A stretch of DNA of 64,000 nt from Octopus sinensis (lineage: Eukaryota). The stretch spans positions 22,754,001 through 22,818,000 of the forward strand of contig NC_043010.1 in NCBI RefSeq assembly GCF_006345805.1, given 5' to 3'. Both the position numbers and the translations under genes were made by a program. Of the stretch, positions 1-15,126 are shown piece after piece; within the stretch, counting starts at the first letter, position 1, and each line of letters begins with the position of its first letter. Below the pieces are notes generated by a model, which did not search any database, was not told the origin of the DNA, and was given only the letters and a program-made list of their open reading frames with translations.

Positions 1-32
1 TATATTTATATATATACGTATATATATATATG

Positions 33-79
<47 letters not shown>

Positions 80-85
80 GTATAA

Positions 86-128
<43 letters not shown>

Positions 129-1985
129 TATAAATATATATGATAGAACTGACGACTCGTTCTAAGTGATATGGAGAATGTTTCCAACGACCAATTATCT
201 TCGTAGTTAAAAGCTCTCGTTTTTAGAGAGAAAGGAAGAGAGAGTGAAAATTACGCAAAATTCATGATAGGAATTTAAACGCGACAATCTACTTTTGCGT
301 ATCGCGTGTTGTTTTAAGAATTTATAAAATAACCGATTCGTTTATCGGATATTCTGATTTTGAAAAACCTGATTCATCATGAATTCCAAGCCGTCTTGGA
401 GCCAATTGTTTGGATACGTCTTTCAAGCATGATTCGTATTCAAGAAGTTTGTCAGATGAAGTATCTCGTTGACAAAATTTCAGCTATAATTTTCGTGGTT
501 GTCGTGGTGGAACTGGATACACAATATTTTAAATTAGTTGATACAAAGAAAGGATCGGAATCGCAGATATCTTTGTGAAAAATCGTATGCTGTCTAAAGC
601 GACGCAATATCGTTATTCTTTTTTTTTTCAGTTGAAAAGCCATATTTTTTATTTATTTTAATTCCACTTCAAGAAAACTCATTTTTATGAAAAAAAAAAA
701 AAAGAATCTGAAAATATTCTGCAAAAAGACAAAACGAAACTTTCGGCTTATATGTCTTTAATTACGATGACGACAAATATGTATTAAAATCCCTTCCACC
801 CCTCTCCCCTCCCTCCCATTTTTTCTGAAAGGAACCATTAATCTTTGACTCTACAAGAGGCACCAGGGAGAATATTTTTTACCCTTCAAACATATTGATA
901 TTCGTCAAATATATATAAATATAAAAAAAAGAACAGCCAAAATCTTCAAATACCTTGTGGTGTCTTTTAACTTCCATTTGTGCTCATCAAATATGGCTTC
1001 CATTCTAAAAAAGTAAACATCGCATACTATTATTATTATTATTATTATTATTATTACTTTATACTCTTGACGTTCGTGAGTGTGTTCGTGTAATTAGTTG
1101 TGAAATATTTAAACTGAACCACCGGAAATAAACAGAAATGAGAATGGAACAACATTCTTGGACAGAAACTTAAGACAAACGAATATTTATATAAACTCTA
1201 TACGTAGAACAAAACAACTTGGTAACTAAGTCATAACTTGAAAACGAATGTATTTCAAAATAATGGAATGGTTAAATACTTTACAAAGCGCAGGCTTTGA
1301 GGCCTACACTCTCAATTTTATTGAGTTTCACTACTATTAACTACTAATACAACTAATGATACCGCTACGAGACATCGTTGTAGTAGTTTACCAATAGCTA
1401 TAACTTTTCTTCGTCTTCTTGAAGTAATCATATCGGGATCTATGATGAAAAAGAAGTCGAGGAAAAGTGGCTACAATTTTTTTTTCACACTTCGAAATAC
1501 TTCCTTTTTAGTAGGAAGTTCGAAAACTGTTGTTGTCTTGGCATTTTAAAAAGTTTCTTGCAGTCAGCTGCGACTGTAAATATCTTTTTGATGTTGAAGA
1601 CTGAAACCCGTATGAAGAAACTAGAAGACATGAGATTAAAATGTCTTTGAAAATTAAGGTTCCCGCTATATTGATATTTTCTGATTGGAAATTCGATTGC
1701 AATTCAAGTCAATGCTTCTAGCATTAAATGCATATAACACGGGCCATTGGTTTACGTGGCCTCGACTGTGTCAAAATAAAATCGCGTTGTAAATTGTCAT
1801 TTTATCTACATGGACACCTACTAAAAGTGGTTTCAATGTCGATATTCAATCTGTATAGTGCAAAGTTACTGTCGCAAAGCGATCTTGCTTCATAAGGAAT
1901 CTTGAAATGCGTAGTGCAGGATCGTGACCAATATAGGCTTTTGTATGTAGAACGAGGTCACTATTACATACAAACATTCATACTT

Positions 1986-2018
<33 letters not shown>

Positions 2019-2418
2019 CGTGTGTATGTATGTATATATGTATAAACTCCATTCGACACGAGGGCAGTAAAAACGTAGGAAATTATGTTTGGTGGACTGA
2101 TACATGTAGTTGTCAGCGTGGGGAACCGAATGGAAGAACGTATTGCGAAACTGATATACAAGCGCTTCGTCAATAAAATAGTCTCCCTGTCCAGTCGGCT
2201 TGACTGTTTGGTGGCTCATCATGCTGCTATGTCATTCCTTCACGAACCATACCAGAGCACACTCCATGGTAGGATTTTTTTTCGCTTCAAATAACTGCAG
2301 TGTATATTCTAATACCCACATTGATAAATAATATGTTTTAATAACCATATTTTTAAAGATTTCCGCCAACTCTCATATAGAAATGGGTGATATCGAAAAT
2401 GTCTTCTGCAGTGTGTCC

Positions 2419-2454
<36 letters not shown>

Positions 2455-2456
<2 letters not shown>

Positions 2457-2740
2457 TGGAAGAAGTAGAAAGATAAATATTTTTTTCAATGTATAGATAA
2501 ATACTAAGCAGTATATATATAAAGGATAAAATCCTTTTTTCTTTTTAAAGCAGAAAAATTTGTCGGCAGCCAAATACTGCGTTCTACGTTCGTAGGTTTA
2601 CCCGGAGTTTCTGCTGTACTCCTCATGGTTGACTGCCAAAAATTCTTCTGCCTTAAAAAGAAAAAAGGATCTTATCCTTGATATATATATATATACTGTT
2701 CAGTATCTATGCGTTCAATAATGTTTATCTTTCTACTCGT
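2455..2740. repeat. Imperfect inverted repeat (~105-bp arms, ~75-bp spacer), MITE-like
   Basis: aaaggataaaatccttttttctttttaaagcagaaaaatt vs aattcttctgccttaaaaagaaaaaaggatcttatcctt; agtagaaagataaa vs tttatctttctact. Confidence 0.7.
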
Positions 2741-3060
2741 TGTACTATACATTTCAACGATTCGAAAACAAACTTGTAATACAGCGTAATATATATATAT
2801 ATATATATATATAAATATATATATATAATATATAGATGTGTGTGTTGTGTACTACATCTGTATCGTTACTCAGTGCTGTAATGTCTAACTTGTGAGTAGA
2901 CGGTACGGCACTGTACTATTTCTATATTGCGTTCTACGGTGGTAAGTTTACCCGGAGTTTCTGCTGTGCTCCTTGGTAGCATATCTCGCAGAACTTCAAA
3001 CTTTGGCTCTGTTTCAAACGGAAATATATGTTGCCGTGATGGCCGCTTAAATATACATAC

Positions 3061-3101
<41 letters not shown>

Positions 3102-3415
3102 AATATATATATATATATAATATATATATATATAATATATATATAAATATATATATATATACACACACACTCACACACATACACACACATATATATACAC
3201 ATACATTTATATACATGCATATGTTCACCTCATTAATTTGCCAAATTTTACCGTTTTAATATCATTAATATTTTTTTTTACAATTCTTTCGTAACAAATG
3301 TTTTTCCGGCATCTTTTCTCATTTGTCATGTAATACGAAGGATATCGGAATAATGGCGTCAGCGGATCAATCCCATCGGAATTTTCCCACCAGTTCCATA
3401 CCATCATCATCATCG

Positions 3416-3448
<33 letters not shown>

Positions 3449-3510
3449 TCATCATTATTATTATTAATATTATCATTATTATTTTAGTTATTTTCATTCT
3501 GGAATGTCAA

Positions 3511-3718
3511 GGCGGTAATCTAGCGTTAGTACGTCGGACAAAATGCTTAGCAGCATTTCTTTCGGCTCTTTATGTTCTGAACTCAAATTCCGCCGAGGTC
3601 GACTTGACCTTTCGTTCTCCTGAAATCGATAAAATAAGTACCAGTTAAGTACTGGGGTCGTTAAATTCGACTTTCCCCTCCCCTCAAAACTGATGGCCCT
3701 GTGCCAAAATTTTAAAAC
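3511..3718 (+). mobile_element. tRNA-derived SINE family A
   Basis: Shared core ctcaaattccgccgaggtcgac...ataagtaccag...ggggtcg. Confidence 0.8.
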
Positions 3719-3827
3719 ATTATTATTAATATTATTAATAATAGTATTATTATTAATATTATTAATAATATTATTATTATTAATATCATTATTAATAGTA
3801 TTATTAATGTTATTATTATTATTTTTA

Positions 3828-3877
<50 letters not shown>

Positions 3878-4283
3878 TGTATACAATGACACATGCCGAA
3901 ATACACATTACTTACAGACATATTCACATTTAAATTATAATAAAAATGGGTTTTTTTTCTTCAATTTTCAATCTTTTATTTTTATTATTAATATTTTTCT
4001 TTGTGGGTGTAAAAAAACACTAAAAAAAAAAGAAAAACAACAAACAATTCTGTCTAGGAGAAAGGAAGTGAACGAGCGATAAAAAAAAATTTAAAAAGTA
4101 GCGTGACACGAGAACTGCCATAGAATTCTTGCCAGGTATTTCACCATTTCATCAGCTAATTTTCTGTAGACACTAGTTCTTGTTTCTGACTTCAGATTAA
4201 ACACTTCATACAAGAACTACGTTTTAGTTGCATAACCACAAACTGGAATCTATAACAATGTATTTATTACATGTGCGATATGA

Positions 4284-4326
<43 letters not shown>

Positions 4327-4335
4327 TATATATAT

Positions 4336-4394
<59 letters not shown>

Positions 4395-4988
4395 TACAGG
4401 TCAGAACAGAGGGAGGAAGGTGGGCTAGTCGGCATGGGCTATTGATTTTGAAGTGGCCTACTCCACCTGTTAGAATCAAAGAAATCAGACTTTGGTAAGG
4501 AATTACCATTTATTCTTCTTTCTCTTCTGAATCGTTCTAGTTCTCTCGTACTGTTCTGTTCCTTGTATGTCTATCATATACACCACATGCAAAGATATTA
4601 TTTATTGTACTGAAATACTTAAAAAAACTGTTGTTTGGGGTTGTTGTTTTTTTTAAAATAAGGCCCATGTTTTTTATCCGGCCTGCGTCTATTTCCAGCC
4701 TTGCTTTTTTTTTTAATATATGTTTATTATATCAAAAGATGACGATAGTTTACTCAAATTTTCGCCTCGTGGCAGGGGCTATTCATGATGGTTGGGAACA
4801 GCTCAGCCTAGAAGGAATCTCGGAGGAGACTGATACTCGACTTTTGATTTAATGCACATACATCCACTGTATTGAGTTCTCTGTCGGACTTATGTCTGCA
4901 ATATGTAAAATATGTCTTACAACTCCCGTATCACCACACACATCCACACATTCACTCACACACACACATATATATATATATATATTAT

Positions 4989-5036
<48 letters not shown>

Positions 5037-5119
5037 GCATATATGTGTGTGTACATGCATATATGGAAGTATATACTTGCAGAGGAATGCATGTATATAT
5101 GTATACATATATATATATA

Positions 5120-5204
<85 letters not shown>

Positions 5205-5614
5205 TTATATATATATATGCATACATATATATACACACATATATATGTACATATATATACATATATTACATGCGTGTGTATATACATGTGTCTTTGTATA
5301 ACAGGCACACGTACAGAAAGGAGATAGTCTAAATATATGAAATATATGTAAAGTTTATTTACTTGTTGGAATTTGCTCTGTAGCTACTCCGACTTTCACA
5401 TAGCTGTTTGCATTGCTTCAGGCGAGAAACCACTCACAAGCAAGACGCAACGGAACAAATTATCAGCTTCGAACCAACAACTTTAATCAATTAACAGTAC
5501 TCGGCTTAATACGGTTTATCACCCACTTTGCTATTATGTTCTCATACTGCAGGTGTCCCTGAGCATATTCTTCTGTTCTTTATATGTATGTCAGTACGCA
5601 TGTGTATATATATA

Positions 5615-5653
<39 letters not shown>

Positions 5654-8600
5654 TATATATATATAAAGTATGAATATGTATTTGAGTACTCGATTCTGTA
5701 AAGGGTTGTCGAAGTAAAGATTACTCTAAATCATAAAGGTTTATATCCATCACTTATTCTAAATTAATTTAATTAATTAATTAAATTTGTTAGCTAAATA
5801 AGACAGTCATAAAGGTGTCTGATGCTTATCATACAACCACACCGTAGACCGTAAAAGAACAAGCAACTGGACGATGTCGTTTTGAATTCGTTGACTCTCA
5901 TCAGTAATTAATGCAAAGCGTTGCTGTCCTGTTTGTTTCAGAGATCTGCTTCTTTAGTTGAGTTGGTGATATATTTTCACATAAGAAATTCGCAACGGAA
6001 AGTCGCTAGAAGACGTTAACACGTGATATAAGAAGAACTGGCTCCCGATTTAAACCTATCTCATCGATAGTGTGCTTCAACAACAATGTATCGAAATATT
6101 ACCTAAAATATGATGGTAAGTTGATAGAAGATGGTAGAACGAATCGACTAATTTAACGTATATATCTAAAATCTCACTTGGTTGTTTTGCGTCCCGCGTT
6201 TAAAATACGCTATGTTGTTTCGATTTTACCTTTCATTTTCCACTCCCAAAGTCAATAAAAATAAGATAGCAATGTTTATATCATTTGGTTAGAGCCCCCT
6301 TCCATTCAGTTGGCTAATTTCCTTATCTAGAAGTACCAGTAATATACTGCTTTAGTGGAGGACCTCTGTTCAATGGGATATATTTATTTATAAAGTGCTG
6401 GTAATACGCTGCTGTTCGGCTGGAGTGCCCATCGAATGATAACTGAAGGGAAGGTTACGTTCGCAGTCCTACACACCCTTCAGCAGGTGGGACAGTCATG
6501 GCTGGGATACTTTTGGTTGTAGGTTTGTTTTGACACGAACATGGGAGCTAAATAGTAACACATCCGATTTTATATAAGAATATACGAGGATGAATCTCTT
6601 CCGAAAGACACACACCGGAATTATATATAATTAAAAGTTCTGTTTTATTTCGTCTCTGAGATAACGTTTTAGGCTCATGAGTTAAAGAAAGAATAAATCA
6701 GATTTAAAATATTATTAAATAAAGTACATAAAATAGAAAAGAAAAAAGTAGAATGTGAGGAACAATTTAACCGTTTTAGATTACTAGTAGGCATCAATGT
6801 TAATATGGTTCTATCTTGCCTACCCCATTCTCAGAAATGAGAACTTATCAATCGCCTAGAATTAACCAGAACTGATCATAGTTTTTGACGGCAGAGACGA
6901 AACCATATTTTATGTTATTTACGTAACATCTTATTTAATAAAAAAAAAACGCCTCAGCATTTTTTCTTTTCTTGTTTTCAAATGTTTTTTTTTAAAGATT
7001 TGGTAATTTTCACTCAGAAAAAAATATCTGCTAAATCGAATAAAAATACACATCTATTAGATTATTTAAAATGTTAACAATTCAGTAGAGAAGCCTGTGG
7101 AAGATTTTAAAGGAACATCTCTTTTACATAGACTCACGAGCTAATATGACGCACCTCAATTTTGGCAAGCTCTTTCTTGAACTATCGCTTCTCAGTAACC
7201 AAACGATGACTCCGTGCTAAAAAAAAACACGACCTAATTTTCTTGGGCAAGAAAACCTCCGTCGGTTAAGCTGTCAAATGCGATTGACTTCAATTTGAAC
7301 ACTTTCGCTCTCAAAATGTTGAACTGTTACTGAGTTTGATGGAGTCATACTGACCGTCTATTACACCTACGCTCTCTACTTTATTCAATTCTATTTCATC
7401 TTTTTATAACAGTAATGCAAGAAACGGGTTTTCTTTTCCGATTGTATCATTGTTACGCTATGTTAGATCGGGAGGTCGGCCATATTTTGGTCTCTTCAAA
7501 TCCGAGTGCTGTACCAAAGAAGCTTCTTTCACCGCTCATCATAATATGACGAAATGTAAAAAATATTTTTACGACAAATAGGTCCACAGGCTTCCTAAGT
7601 CACGGTTTTATAGCATCTTTAGCAGTCACCTTCATATGGCCCTAAGACTTCTTCAACCCCTTCCAAATGAACTAAATTGGAAGCCGATGGACACTTCCGT
7701 TCCCAACCAAAAACATGAATATTTTACCCTTACTCACGACATTCCTGCCCCTTTTAAATTATATTTGGCAATGTGGATAAGAAATTAAGACAAAGGGGCT
7801 GGTTGTAAAGGCCGAGTGAATATATAGATTGTAAGTTGAAGTCCACTATGGGCGTTTATTGGCAGGATTCTAAAATCTCTCTTTACAGAAATTCCATGAA
7901 TATATTTGATTAAAAGGCCAGTCAGACATACCACACGCTTATATATATTCATCCTTGATCACATGGTCGAAACCAGTTGATTCCATTTATGAGCGCTAGA
8001 GTGACAAAAAGAATTATGATAGAAAGCATGCCGCAAGACCAGATGTCTGCTTCAAGTCTTCGATACAGTTTCCCTTCGTGCCTGGAGTGTAAATCAACAC
8101 CGCTGCTAATGCTGACAGTAGAGGAATAGTAGATACCTCAGAATATAGTTTTTTCCCCAGTTCTCCCTCTATATAAATCTCTGGCGGTTTTCTGCCTAAA
8201 TTAGAAATATAGAGAACCTCTCTATGACAGGTTTGGGTAAGCTCTTTTTGGTAACGGGTCACACGGTTGAAAGAGTAATTTAACAAACTTCGCAAAAAGT
8301 ACAGGTTACACTGTGTATTAAAGTTGGCAAATTATAAAGATTTGAGCGGGAGATGGCGAGAGGGAATGAGAGAGAAGGAAATGAAACTTGAGATCATAAA
8401 ATGCGACCGTTTACGCATAAAACGTAAAGAGTCAAACGTGGCTGAGTACCGTAGGTTGCAAATAACCTTTCTAGGCAGTCATGGGACTTTAAATAGCAGC
8501 TAAATCACCCTTAAAATTCCACTCTTTCGGTAGAACATGTTCGGTCATGGGCCAGCTCGATGAAGAGGAAGTGAGGGGGAGGGGAAGAGTTGAAAGTTAA

Positions 8601-9247
8601 TAACAATCACCACCGGCAACAACGCCATAATTACAACAACAATCACCAACAACCAACTAATTACTTCATTTATTAAGGGCTGCTGCTGTTGCTTAGATTA
8701 ATTATGGTTAATTCAATAACTGAGTTGTGAACCTCGATATCGCAAGTTCGAATTTTAGTAGAAACGTTGAAATAACAATAAAAATGAAAAGATATATTTA
8801 AATTTACCTTTCTGGGTTGATTCGGTTTCTTTTCGTTGTTTTTGAGTACCAGTCATAGTTGGTAGATTTAGTGGACTCTTAGCCACCCTCCCGCCTTCCC
8901 TAAATATATAGACTTGTGTGAATGTTAGAAATCATTGCATCTTTTTCAGTCTATTTGTCTGTCTGTCTGTGTGTTTGTCTGTAGATCTGAGTGCCGTCCA
9001 CAAGAGGATACGGGACATTGACGTCAAAGGCAGATGGAGAGAGGAAGGAGACAAAAAAAAAAAAAAAATAAAGATCCTTCCAAAGAACAGGAATAAGAAC
9101 ACGCAGGTCTATTATTGGACACAAGCAAATCATGAACTAAACTAACAAACAAATAAAATAAAAAGAAACATTCCAAGTGTGTATGTGGGGGGATATTCAG
9201 TAAAAATAATAAAAGCAACATAAACCGCATTGGCTTCTGAACTCTCG

Positions 9248-9280
<33 letters not shown>

Positions 9281-9285
9281 TGAAA

Positions 9286-9840
9286 TGGCAGAATCGCGAG
9301 AGCTTTAGAAAAAAAAAGAAAAAAATGCCTTGTGGTATTTAGTGGTAGTCACTTAACGTTTCTGACTTCAAATCTCGCCTAAGTCAACTTTGCCTCTCGT
9401 CCGGTCGATAAAATACAAAAAAAAAAAATACCAGTCAAAAAGCAGGTATCGGTTTGATCGCTTCTACCCCCATTCTAAAAATTACGGCCTTGTGCTTTTC
9501 AAACAAATAGCATAAATCATCATCATCATCATCATCATTATTATTATTATTAAATGGTGGCGAGACGAGATAGAATCTGTAAAGTACCGGACAATATGTC
9601 TTTCCATATTTGGTTACGTCCCTTTACGTTCTGTGTTCAAGTCTTCGCGCAGGTTCGACTTTTGCCTTCTCATCCTTCTGCGATCTATAGAAAGAAAAAA
9701 TTGAATTAAGAAAAAATAACAATAAATGAAGTACTGGTCAAAAATAGAATTAAGAAAAGAAAAAGTAAATGAAGTACTGGCAATCGACCATACACTCCCC
9801 CTCCCCTCAAAAGTTTTGGCCTTGGGCCTAAATTAGAAAC
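9286..9840 (+). mobile_element. Two diverged SINE family A copies
   Basis: tggcagaatc head, acgttctg..ttcaa B-box region, gtcaactttgcc / ttcgactttgcc core. Confidence 0.7.
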
Positions 9841-9861
9841 AGTTATTATCATCACCACTAC

Positions 9862-9908
<47 letters not shown>

Positions 9909-11000
9909 GGTATCTCTCTTTCATTACCATTATCATAATGGGAGTGAAAGATGTAGCACAAAAGAGTTAAGCTGCTCGTTCACCGATTTAAAAAAGAAAA
10001 TCCTTGGATATGGCTATTTTATTTATGTTGGTAATTTTATTAGAAATTCATTATCGCTAATCTCACTTCACTATAAATATATCAACTCTTTAAAGCAAAC
10101 TATTTGGTCTTGCCTAAAACAAAAAAAAAAAAGAGGAAAAATTAACGGGGAGAAACCATAATTAGAAACGAGAGCTGAAGAAAGACCAAGTGGAAAAGAG
10201 GTCAAGCCGAATTGAGGACGGGACGCGAGTTATTAATTTTGATGCCCTTGAAAAAGGCATAAATATTACAAATTCTCAATTTTCTCATTTTTCTTCTTAA
10301 TAAAAAAAAAAAGAAAATGATAGCTTTCTTGCGTCTCACAAAAAGATAAAATAAAGAAAATAAAAAAAAAAAAAGAATCAGAGAGAAAAGAAAGAAACTA
10401 CTTTTAGCAGTTCAGTATTTGAAAGCGACCTTATTGACAGGCTGTGATATAGGTTACGATATAAGTTGCGATACAGGCTATGATAATGGCATCTAACTTC
10501 ATATGAGAGACACTATTTTGTTTTTACTCATTTAATACCATTTCATAAAATAGATTATATATATATATAGTATTGATATTTATATGACAGAATATGAATA
10601 TCGTATGAATAAGAGCGAGAATATGTTTAGTCTGTGCAATGAAATTTTTAGTTCTTTTTAGTAAACGGTTTGGTTTAGAATTTATGTATGACCAGCGCCC
10701 TCACAGTGACGTGGGGTCGACTGAAGCAACTACATCCCTACCTCTATCAATATAAATACGAGCATAATTATTATGAATCTTATGATTAAAGTTCTTACTA
10801 TTATTAAGAACTTATTAAGTAGAGAACCTATTATAATTAATAATAATAATAATTACACATTTTTTTTTAAATGACGAAATTTTGAAAAGGAAATGGTTAG
10901 ATTTTCAAATGTCTCCTATTACTGCTTCATATACGCATGCGTACATAAATACATGCATACACATTTCTACACACACACGCTCACATATTTGTATGTGCGT

Positions 11001-11034
<34 letters not shown>

Positions 11035-12248
11035 CCAAGAAGAAAGCAACAAGAATGGATATATATGTATTTGCGTGCGTCGCGTCGGATTTTAAAAATG
11101 TACATGAACTTTCATAGACTTTATATTAGCACACTGAACTTATCCATTCATTCCATTTTCACCACACACACTCCACCCTTTCTCTTTCTCTCTTCTCTCT
11201 TCTAACTCCTTCTCACTCTTTCTCATTCTCTGTCTCTCACTCTCTCACTCTCTCTTCTCTTTCTTTCGTTGCAGTATTTTTTTTTCTGTACAGTTTTCTG
11301 TAATCCGAAAGACATTTTCATGTTAATTATAACTTCCCGTTCATTTTCCACTTTCATTATCACAATGTTGAACCATCATCTAGAGTTGTGTCACTTGAAG
11401 AACTGAACATAATTGTGTAAACGATAACAACAACACCACCACCAACAACAATAACAACTGCTAATGAATAAAGGCATTCTTTTACACCAATATAATCGAA
11501 CATCGTCTCGTTAATTTATAATTTATTATAACGCGCTTGAAATGTATACGAAATAATAATAATGATGTATTTGTGATCTTTAAACTTGCAGAGTCAGGCG
11601 TTTTACCAGGGGAACCACCTGGCGCTGGTTTTTCTTTCGAGTTTCTTTCGAGTTTTTCTCTCTTCCTTTTTTCCTTTCATTTATTCCATTCTAAATTTTC
11701 ACTTTTCTTTTCAGTGTTCCTTGTTTTGGTGTCTCGGTTGGCGTTTTCATCTTTTTCGTTTACGAATGTATTTTTAATGTTGATCTTATTCACAAATATT
11801 AAAATGTCTCCTTTTGTTGAAAGGAAATAAGATTCATCGGAGCTAGAATCGAAATATCGGGAACCAGTCATATATATATATATATATATATATACTCTTA
11901 TATGTATATAAGCATACATATATACCTCTAAATAAATGTATATATATATATGTATGTATGTATGTATGTATATATATATATATATTTATATATATATACA
12001 TGCATATAGATACATAGTTATATATATATATACATATATATATACATATATATAATATATATATATATACACTCTTATATGTATATAAGCATACATATAT
12101 ACCTCTAAATAAATGTATATATATATATATATTATATATATATATATATATATGGATGTATGTATATATGTATATATATATATATATGGATGTATGGATG
12201 TATGTATATATGTATATATATATATATATATATACACTCTTATATGAG

Positions 12249-12300
<52 letters not shown>

Positions 12301-13847
12301 TACATATATATATAATTTACTATTTTCTTTCTGCCGTCTATCTCTTCCATTCTTCTTCTTCTTCTTCTTCTTCTTCTTTACTTGCTTTCTTTCTTTCTTT
12401 CTAGTACCTCTCTCTCTCTCTCTCTCACTTTCTCTCTTTCTTACGCCGTTTTGGAAACAAGGGTTTGAAACCCGAAACAACTATACAGCGAAACAAATAT
12501 ATATATATATTATATTATATATATATATATTATATATATATATATATATATACATGCATATATATATAATAAGATTTTTTTGTCGATAAAGAACTAACGA
12601 AAAAAAAATAATCAAGGAATGTGTTATATATTTTGTCAAAGAATTTGGCACCACTTTTCTTTCTCTTTTTTTTTCTGTTCCTTTCCGGTTGTTTTTCTTT
12701 TCACAATATTTTTCTTTCAAAACTTAGTTATATTCCTTTATCATCTTTATCAAAGAAATTATGTGTTATACAAAAATCTGCCCAACATGGTCACCACAAC
12801 TGATAATTCAAAATAAGTCAATAAAAATCTAGTTAGAAAACGAAAAAAAAAAAGACAAACAAAAGAAAACAGAACTAAAACAGAACAAAAAGCAAAACAA
12901 AACATATCGTAATTTTGATGTTAGTTTTCTTTTATTTTCATTTTTCTTTTTTTTATTTTTGAAACTAATTCTAGGTAATAAAAATTCAGAAATATTTTTT
13001 ACTATATTTGTAAAAAAAATTAAGGAAGAAAAAATCTAACATGAAGATATATTCTTGCCTAGATGTTATTGCCAATGTTGATATGGTTTTTTTTTATTAT
13101 TACTGATATATAACAAATATGTTCGTATTCACAAAAGAAAATAAAAATGAAAAAACAGTGAATAATTATATACATATAACATTAGAATACAATAAAGTCA
13201 ATGAAATACGTATGGAATATATGTTATTTATTGTTATAATGTTGTTGCTGTTGCTGTTGTTGTTGCTGTTGTTGTTGTTGTTGTTGCTGTTGTTGTGGTT
13301 GTCAGATACAGAGATGAAATGAGCCAATTATTAAATGAAGTAAAATAAAGTAACAATAATAGAAAAAAAAATGGAAACGTAAAACAAAGCAAACAAAAAT
13401 AATAAGTGCATATTTATGAAGAAAGAAATAAAATACGAAACGTAATAGACGTTCACGCACGTAGATTCATGTGTGTGTGTATGTATGTATGTGTGTGTGT
13501 GGTGTATGTGTGTATTCATGTATATGTATGTATGTGTATATATATATATATATAGAGAGAGAGATATGTATATTTTGCGTGTGTGTTTTTGTATATATAT
13601 GTATGTGTGTATGTATACAGGTATATGTAAGTGTGTATATACATATCTATACATGTATATGTGTATATATCATATGCCACTTTTTCTGTCTTTACTAGCA
13701 TAAGCACACCAAGAGACACACCGTGTTTATATGTATACACATGCACACACATACCATATAATGTTCTCTCTCTCCCTCTTTCTCTTGTTGTACATGCATA
13801 TACCTATATACATATGTATGATTTTATATTTATATATACATATATAT

Positions 13848-13897
<50 letters not shown>

Positions 13898-14330
13898 GGG
13901 TGTATGGATATTTATCCTATATTTGTTCTGTTTCTGTGTCTCTGTATATATACATGTGCGTGTATGTATATATTTGTGCATACATATACACATATGCATG
14001 TATGTGTGCTTGTGTACATACATGTTCATATAGCTATATGTATATAGAATTAAAATTGAACTTTTACTACCATGGCATCCTTCACAACAACTTTTCTAAC
14101 GTCCGTATCTGTTCAAAACAGTTTGTAAAATCCAATTTTTCAAAATTTTATTCGTTCTTTCGATTCATTCATGATTATGTTTATCATTATTATTTTTAAT
14201 TATATCGTGATTTGGTACAACATTTACTTACTGAGTTCAAATCTCGGCCTGGTCGAATTTTGTTCATCATTGCCTGGTTCGATAAAATAAACTACCAGTC
14301 ATATACTAGAATCTTTTTAATCGACTTATA

Positions 14331-14515
14331 TACCGTATTTTAACGTGTATAGGGAACCCCTTTTTTTTTACAAAAATCAGGTTAAAAAATATGGGAGTTT
14401 CTTATGCATGGATAGCATTACAATACCTTACAAAACCTTTCTTCCAAATTTTAAGCCCCTAAAATTAGAGGGTTCCTTATACACGCGGGTTCCTTATACA
14501 TGTGAAAACATGGTA
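14331..14515. mobile_element. pogo/Tigger-like MITE
   Basis: TA-CCGTATTTAACGTGTATAGGGAACCC ... GGGTTCCTTATACATGTGAAAACATGG-TA imperfect TIRs with TA target duplication. Confidence 0.7.
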
Positions 14516-15126
14516 ATTACATACATTTAATTTTTAGCCTTGTAATTATACAAGAAATGATTATCTAGATCACGCATGGGCAATCTTTTTCAATAAATGG
14601 GCCAATTGTGATATGGCTCATAAACAGGCGAGTCTCAATTGGACTACTGCCCACCCCTAACAATTTTAACTTCTGTGCCCTATTCTAGAAACAGTTATTA
14701 CATCACGGAGAAATGACAGAATCATTAGAGCGTCGAACGAAATTCCTTGCAGTTCAATTCCCAAGCAGCTCACTAATGCCTTTATTCTTTCGGAGTCAAT
14801 AAAATAAAATACTAGTAAATCATTGGAGAAGATGGAGTCGGCTTATATTGCCGCCTACCGTCAAAATTGTTGACCTTGTGGCTAAATACAAGTAAACCCA
14901 AATATATTTTTTTTCTTAAATACTAGTACAACACCGAATTTCTTGACACTGATGGTCTGGAACTTCAAATAATCCGCATTAATTTACGAGTAGGAACTTA
15001 AAATCCTCGCGGCCGCCCATTTACTTTACTGGGTAACCCTGAATTCATAAACTTGTATCATTTGTACTAACATACAGGTATCTGTATTTAATTTATTTAA
15101 GTAAATTTAATATTTGCTTAATTGAA

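Noticed and set aside
140-2300. Unique-looking sequence with short protein-like frames (e.g. IRHEGSKNVGNYVWWTDTCSC)
   Set aside because: Frames are broken by stops on both strands and no homology or exon structure could be assigned
3225-5332. Many 60-200 aa ORFs rich in YI, IIII, MMMM, NNNN or CVCV here and throughout the window
   Set aside because: They are translations of (TA)n, (ATT)n, (CAT)n and (CA)n microsatellites, which lack stops in some frames
8014-8295. 93-aa ORF containing LYISNL (RNP2-like)
   Set aside because: No RNP1 motif, no convincing splice signals, no recognised family
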